IMG/VR virus record: IMGVR_UViG_3300017917_002116
Location: 32,001-96,000 of that record
DNA: 64,000 bases
Reading direction: 5' to 3' (one strand)
Source of the DNA: a virus
Below are positions 59,611-64,000 of this stretch, piece by piece (within the stretch, counting starts at the first letter, position 1; every line of letters begins with the position of its first letter). A program made the position numbers and the translations under genes. The notes under the pieces are model-generated. The model had not been told where the DNA came from, ran no database searches, and was given only the letters and a program-made list of their open reading frames with translations.

Positions 59611-60681
59611 TTGGCTACAGTCACTATTCTGAAGGGTTCGTATCGCAACACCCCCGTTCGCAACCAAACGTTCCGTTTGGTTAGCGACTTTAAGACGGGT
59701 GCCAAGGGTGCATACGTTACTGTAGAAGATGATGGCTCGCTGGGTTTCCCTGGCAAGAGCATTCGCATTAAGGTTAAAGGTATGCAAGATATTGAAGTCG
59801 CCCGCAGTGGCGTTGAAGACATGAACGACAGCGAACGCCGTCGTGCCGCTAAGGATGACGGCAACGTGTTCAGCATTGTTAAGCCTGCTGAACCCGAGAC
59901 TTATACTGAAACTGAAGAAGCCGCTATCGAACGCATTCGCGAACGATTCGACATTCTGGATCAGATGTCGGAAGGTTGTACTACCGGTGCAGTTCGTGCT
60001 ATGATTGTGTCCGGCCCCCCTGGAGTTGGTAAGAGCTTCGGTGTTGAGCGAGTGCTCGAGCAAGCCGCTCTGTTTGACAAGATGGCTCAGCGTAAGAACC
60101 GCTTCGAGGTTGTCAAGGGTGCTATGTCAGCAATTGGTTTGTATGCCAAACTGTATCAGTTCAGCGATGCCAATAACGTGCTAGTGTTTGACGACTGTGA
60201 CAGCATTCTGCTTGATGACCTGTCGCTGAACATTCTTAAGGCTGCTCTGGACTCTAGCTCTAAGCGTACTATCTCCTGGAACACTGACTCCAGCATGTTG
60301 CGTCGTGAAGGTGTACCCGATCGTTTCGACTTTAAGGGCTCTGTGATCTTCATCACCAACATCAAGTTCGAGCACGTTCGTTCTAAGAAGTTGCGCGATC
60401 ACCTGGACGCTCTGGAATCACGTTGCCACTATCTGGACCTGACTCTGGATACCATGCGCGACAAATTCCTGCGTATCAAGCAGATCGTGCGTGACGGCAT
60501 GTTGGATCGTTACGATTTCGAAGACGGTGCTAGCGATGAAATCGTCGACTACGTCTGGGAACAGCGTAACCGACTGCGCGAGCTGAGCCTGCGTACTGTG
60601 CTGAAGATTGCGGATCTGCGTAAGATGTCTGCTACCAACTGGAAGCGTCTTGCAGAAACTACGATCCTGAAGCGAGCCTAA
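59611..60681 (+). CDS. AAA+/P-loop ATPase
   Basis: GPPGVGKS Walker A, LVFDDCD Walker B, IFITN sensor, ALESR Arg finger; TTG start after AGGAG. Confidence 0.88.
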   Translation: MATVTILKGSYRNTPVRNQTFRLVSDFKTGAKGAYVTVEDDGSLGFPGKSIRIKVKGMQDIEVARSGVEDMNDSERRRAAKDDGNVFSIVKPAEPETYTETEEAAIERIRERFDILDQMSEGCTTGAVRAMIVSGPPGVGKSFGVERVLEQAALFDKMAQRKNRFEVVKGAMSAIGLYAKLYQFSDANNVLVFDDCDSILLDDLSLNILKAALDSSSKRTISWNTDSSMLRREGVPDRFDFKGSVIFITNIKFEHVRSKKLRDHLDALESRCHYLDLTLDTMRDKFLRIKQIVRDGMLDRYDFEDGASDEIVDYVWEQRNRLRELSLRTVLKIADLRKMSATNWKRLAETTILKRA

Positions 60682-60686
60682 TAACA

Positions 60687-60709
60687 GGGAGGAGCAATCC
60701 TCCCACTTT
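60687..60709 (+). terminator. Stem-loop (weak terminator or stabiliser)
   Basis: GGGAGGA-GCAA-TCCTCCC-ACTTT. Confidence 0.55.
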
Positions 60710-60719
60710 AAGGAATATC

Positions 60720-62786
60720 ATGAAACTCCGTCCTACTCTTATTGCACTTGCAGTATCAGCGATAGCAGGAAGTGTGCAGGCACAGGTCTTTACCAATCAG
60801 GAAACTGTTGCTAAGACAAATTACCTGAATGCTATTGGTGCACCGGCAGCATGGGCCCGTGGCATTACAGGTAAAGGAGGTGTGATCGCAGTTCTGGATA
60901 ATGGTTTTGCTGTCAATCACACCGACATTAAACCCAACGTCCTTGCCTACAAGAATTTTTATGTAGGCGACACCTACACATGGGGCTTGCATGGAACGCA
61001 GATGGCCAGCATTGCCGCAGGCGTAGCCAACGGCGCAGGCACTGTGGGCGTGGCACCCGACGCTAAATTGATTCTTGGACAAGTCGGTACTGGCGGAACC
61101 AGTCCCAGCATCGACATGAATGCAGTTATCAAAGGTATGACCTGGGCTGAAGGTCTCGGTGCTAATGTTATTAACCTGAGTCTTGGTAGCAACTATGACT
61201 CTACGTTCAAGGCAGGCACTACGCAGATTGCTCCTGGTATTTTTAAGTCTGCTCCTGGTTACGGCACTATGTATGGTAACAGCCTGACTGACATGCTACA
61301 ATTTACCGGTGCCACAAAGAGCACTGTGATTGTTGCCAGCGCAGGTAATAGTGCCACACCTTATGCTCAATTTCCTGCGGCATTCGCAGTACAAACGGAC
61401 GCTAATGGCAATTTGATTATGGGCGGCCGAGTGCTGATCGTTGGTAATGTCAAGTCAGATGGCAAGGGCGGCTGGGTTATGGATGCTAGCAGTAATCGAG
61501 CAGGCACCCTCTGCCAGAAAATTGTTGCCAATGTTTGTCAAGACAAATACTATGTCAAAGACTTCTACGTCGTGGCTCCTGGAAATGCCATCTGGGGCGC
61601 AGTACCTGACGAAGCACGAACCGCGACTGCTATCAAAGCAGGTCTAACTAATGGTGTTGGTGGCGTAACAGGAACCAGTCCCAGTGCCGCGTTGGTTAGT
61701 GGCGGCATCGCGCTCATGCGCCAGGCCTGGCCGCAACTCAAGGCAGCACAATTGGTTAATCTTGTTTTAGACACTGCTACTCCTCTCGGTGACAGCAATG
61801 TCTACGGCAAGGGTATGGTGAACTTTGACAAGGCAACGCAACCTACAGCAGGCCTGAAATACACCACTGCTAGCCTTACTTCAGGCCCTACAGTGTCTGG
61901 TACTAGTGTACAAAACACAGGTGTTGCAGTATCAGGTAATGTAGGGGCCGCACTGAAAACCAGTAGTGTGTTGCAGAGCGTTCAGGTGGTTGATGGTTTG
62001 AATCGTAACTTTACCGCAGACTTTACCAAGGCAATCGGTGTTAATACTCCTGCAAATAGCCTTTACACTAGTCCCTATCTTGCAATGCAGAGTTTGGGCT
62101 ACAAGGAATTCACTGTGCCCATGGGCAAGGATAGTACTCTGACATTGATGCAGAGTTTTAATGGTGTAGCGGCACAATATGAAACTGGTTACAAGGAAGG
62201 TCGTATTAGTTTCCAGACCGGTACTATGACTGAACGCAACGGTTTCTTGAATAACTCTGGTACAGGCCTGTTTGGTATGGGCAATAGTGCTACCAGCTAT
62301 GCAATGATCGGTGGTAGTTACCCCATTGTTAGAAGTGTGGATCTGATCGGAAATTATGGTGTTGGTATTACTCGCACTAGTAACGCACAAGATAGCATGC
62401 TGGCCCTGAGCCCTACAATTATCAGCGATACCTGGAAACTGGGTATTGCCAAGAAGGAGATCTTCTTCAGCGGTAGTACACAAGATCAACTGACCTTGGC
62501 AGTGCATGGACCGGTGGCAGTGCGTCGTGGTTCTGCAGACGTGACCGCTGTGACTGGCTACACTTATTCAGGTGCAGAAGATGATGTGACTGCCAATCCG
62601 ATTATCAGCAAACAACGAGTCAACCTTGCGGCAGGACAACGCCAACAAGATCTGATTCTGAGCTATAGTGTTAGTGTAAGTAATAAGACTTATGCTGGTA
62701 TCAGTGTTGCCAAACAGTTTAATGTTGGTGGTATCGGCGGACAAACTGGATCGGCATTTGGTCTAATGGTGCGTAGTGTGTTCTAA
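60720..62786 (+). CDS. Secreted subtilisin-like (S8) serine protease with beta-barrel-like C-terminus
   Basis: Sec signal ending VQA; IAVLDNG (Asp), HGTQMA (His), SAGN (oxyanion), GTSPSA (Ser); terminal Phe. Confidence 0.88.
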   Translation: MKLRPTLIALAVSAIAGSVQAQVFTNQETVAKTNYLNAIGAPAAWARGITGKGGVIAVLDNGFAVNHTDIKPNVLAYKNFYVGDTYTWGLHGTQMASIAAGVANGAGTVGVAPDAKLILGQVGTGGTSPSIDMNAVIKGMTWAEGLGANVINLSLGSNYDSTFKAGTTQIAPGIFKSAPGYGTMYGNSLTDMLQFTGATKSTVIVASAGNSATPYAQFPAAFAVQTDANGNLIMGGRVLIVGNVKSDGKGGWVMDASSNRAGTLCQKIVANVCQDKYYVKDFYVVAPGNAIWGAVPDEARTATAIKAGLTNGVGGVTGTSPSAALVSGGIALMRQAWPQLKAAQLVNLVLDTATPLGDSNVYGKGMVNFDKATQPTAGLKYTTASLTSGPTVSGTSVQNTGVAVSGNVGAALKTSSVLQSVQVVDGLNRNFTADFTKAIGVNTPANSLYTSPYLAMQSLGYKEFTVPMGKDSTLTLMQSFNGVAAQYETGYKEGRISFQTGTMTERNGFLNNSGTGLFGMGNSATSYAMIGGSYPIVRSVDLIGNYGVGITRTSNAQDSMLALSPTIISDTWKLGIAKKEIFFSGSTQDQLTLAVHGPVAVRRGSADVTAVTGYTYSGAEDDVTANPIISKQRVNLAAGQRQQDLILSYSVSVSNKTYAGISVAKQFNVGGIGGQTGSAFGLMVRSVF

Positions 62787-62800
62787 GCAAACACATTCCT

Positions 62801-62826
62801 AAAAAGCAACCCCGGGGTTGCTTTTT
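62801..62826. terminator. Perfect 26-bp palindrome, bidirectional terminator-like
   Basis: AAAAAGCAACCCCGGGGTTGCTTTTT. Confidence 0.75.
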
Positions 62827-62845
62827 CATTGATAATAAATATTAG

Positions 62846-63568
62846 GTGATCGAAAATATTTTTATTAGCTTCACCGGCGGGACTGGTGGCAATTTTATAT
62901 CTGCACTATTGTCCTCGATGAAATTTCCTGACAGAGATTTCTCTGTTAATCTTTCTGCATACGGAAACGCACACCGGTGTGTGCACTTTGACGGTATAGT
63001 TCAACCTGAATTTAGCAATGTTGACGATCCCAGAATTGTGACAGATATTAGTTTAACTGAACCAATAAAATATCCGCGCATAGGCAGAGCTCACTGGACT
63101 AGAATTCATGAATTATTAGAATACTTTCCCAACAGCAAAGTTATCTACATTTACAGCGAACGCAGTGAGTATCAACTAATAGCCTTCAATATCTTTTTTA
63201 AAAAATTTATTGAAAATTATGAGAAATCTGAAGCTGGGAAAATAGACTTTGTGAATTTTCTCTATAACAATAGAGACCTAGATATAGATCCGTCTACATC
63301 ACCCAGGGCCCTAACTAAAAATCAGTATTCATCGATCATCAAAAGAATTGTATCGCAACCAGATCGTCGATGGAGGAAATTATTGTATGATCACCCATCA
63401 ATATTGCAGGTCAATTTTGCAGATATTGGTTACGGTCGAATGAAATTGTTAGGGCAGTTATCCACATTTACAGGCCTGCCAGTGTCAGATAATGCTCTTA
63501 ATTTTTTTAGAACATATGTTGATAGACAACCAAAACCATCGGATTTTATTAATAGTCTGAAAGATTAA
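62846..63568 (+). CDS. Hypothetical protein, possibly sulfotransferase-like
   Basis: N-terminal FISFTGGTGGNFISALL loop, RAHW, SKVIYI; AT-rich; TAAATA at 62836. Confidence 0.4.
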   Translation: MIENIFISFTGGTGGNFISALLSSMKFPDRDFSVNLSAYGNAHRCVHFDGIVQPEFSNVDDPRIVTDISLTEPIKYPRIGRAHWTRIHELLEYFPNSKVIYIYSERSEYQLIAFNIFFKKFIENYEKSEAGKIDFVNFLYNNRDLDIDPSTSPRALTKNQYSSIIKRIVSQPDRRWRKLLYDHPSILQVNFADIGYGRMKLLGQLSTFTGLPVSDNALNFFRTYVDRQPKPSDFINSLKD

Positions 63569-63582
63569 CGCAACCAAAAAGG

Positions 63583-63612
63583 TTGCTTTATTGTCTGTAA
63601 ACGTGTTATACT
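63583..63612 (+). promoter_or_regulatory. sigma70-type promoter of uvsW, probably leaderless
   Basis: TTGCTT-N18-TATACT with extended TG; ATG 7 nt later. Confidence 0.65.
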
Positions 63613-63619
63613 ACCGTCT

Positions 63620-64000
63620 ATGACATCTTGTACTATACATATTCGTGACGAAGTCAATATCAAAATATCAGGACTAGAAGTTAGTACCAGGAGAAAACTA
63701 GAGAAGGCGTTAAAGTATTTTATGCCCTATGCCTACCACACACCAGCATATAAACTAGGACGCTGGGACGGCTGTGTAAGTTATTTTTCTCTTGGTGGCG
63801 CTAGCTACTTCAATTTGTTAGATCGAATTCTGCCTACTATAGTAGACGAAGGCTACAAGGTAGAGGTAGATGACCAACGTTCTGCTTGGAATTTCGAATT
63901 TCCAGAAGTGTGCGAAACAACACATGAGCAGACATTATGGCCCAAAGGTCACCCTGCCGCAGGCACACCAGTTCTTTTACGTGACTATCAAGTCACCGCC
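63620..64000 (+). CDS. uvsW: SF2 DNA helicase N-terminus (UvsW-like), partial
   Basis: Not in the ORF track. Manual read MTSCTIHIRDEVN...PAYKLGRWDG...LRDYQV (Q-motif) runs off the window end. Confidence 0.85.
   Translation, partial: MTSCTIHIRDEVNIKISGLEVSTRRKLEKALKYFMPYAYHTPAYKLGRWDGCVSYFSLGGASYFNLLDRILPTIVDEGYKVEVDDQRSAWNFEFPEVCETTHEQTLWPKGHPAAGTPVLLRDYQVTA

Noticed and set aside
1-64000. tRNA, tmRNA or rRNA genes; integrase or transposase
   Set aside because: No cloverleaf with T-loop consensus in intergenic gaps and no recombinase motifs seen by eye; tRNAscan-SE/ARAGORN would be decisive

Overview
This 64-kb window is the core of a large T4-like myophage genome (Tevenvirinae-related, with the gene content typical of uncultured aquatic phages). 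It probably infects a Gram-negative host; this is inferred from its lipoprotein, Tat and beta-barrel signals. In order it contains: baseplate genes; late sigma gp55 and the gp47/gp46 recombination nuclease; gp26/gp51-like genes and a tape measure; the head module (portal, core, protease, scaffold, major capsid); about 15 kb of repetitive Ser/Thr/Gly-rich fibre genes; and neck genes gp15/gp14/gp13 split by an early-gene island. Then follow dNMP kinase, tail sheath and tube, gp4, terminase, gp32, uvsX, uvsY and the start of uvsW. There are two promoter classes: sigma70-type early promoters and TAAATA late promoters. No tRNA, rRNA, CRISPR array or integrase was seen. The most notable observations are four. 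(1) A roughly 490-nt, densely structured, non-coding region with a predicted pseudoknot lies directly behind a catalytic-domain-only GIY-YIG nuclease and an Hc1-like protein, a candidate novel ribonucleoprotein system. (2) A late protein has a capsid-processing-like leader in front of a twin-arginine export signal. (3) A -1 slippery site joins the gp26-like and gp51-like ORFs. (4) The phage encodes host-envelope enzymes: an autotransporter-like subtilase and an alginate-lyase-like lipoprotein. All functional calls come from motif recognition and synteny by eye; no database searches were run.
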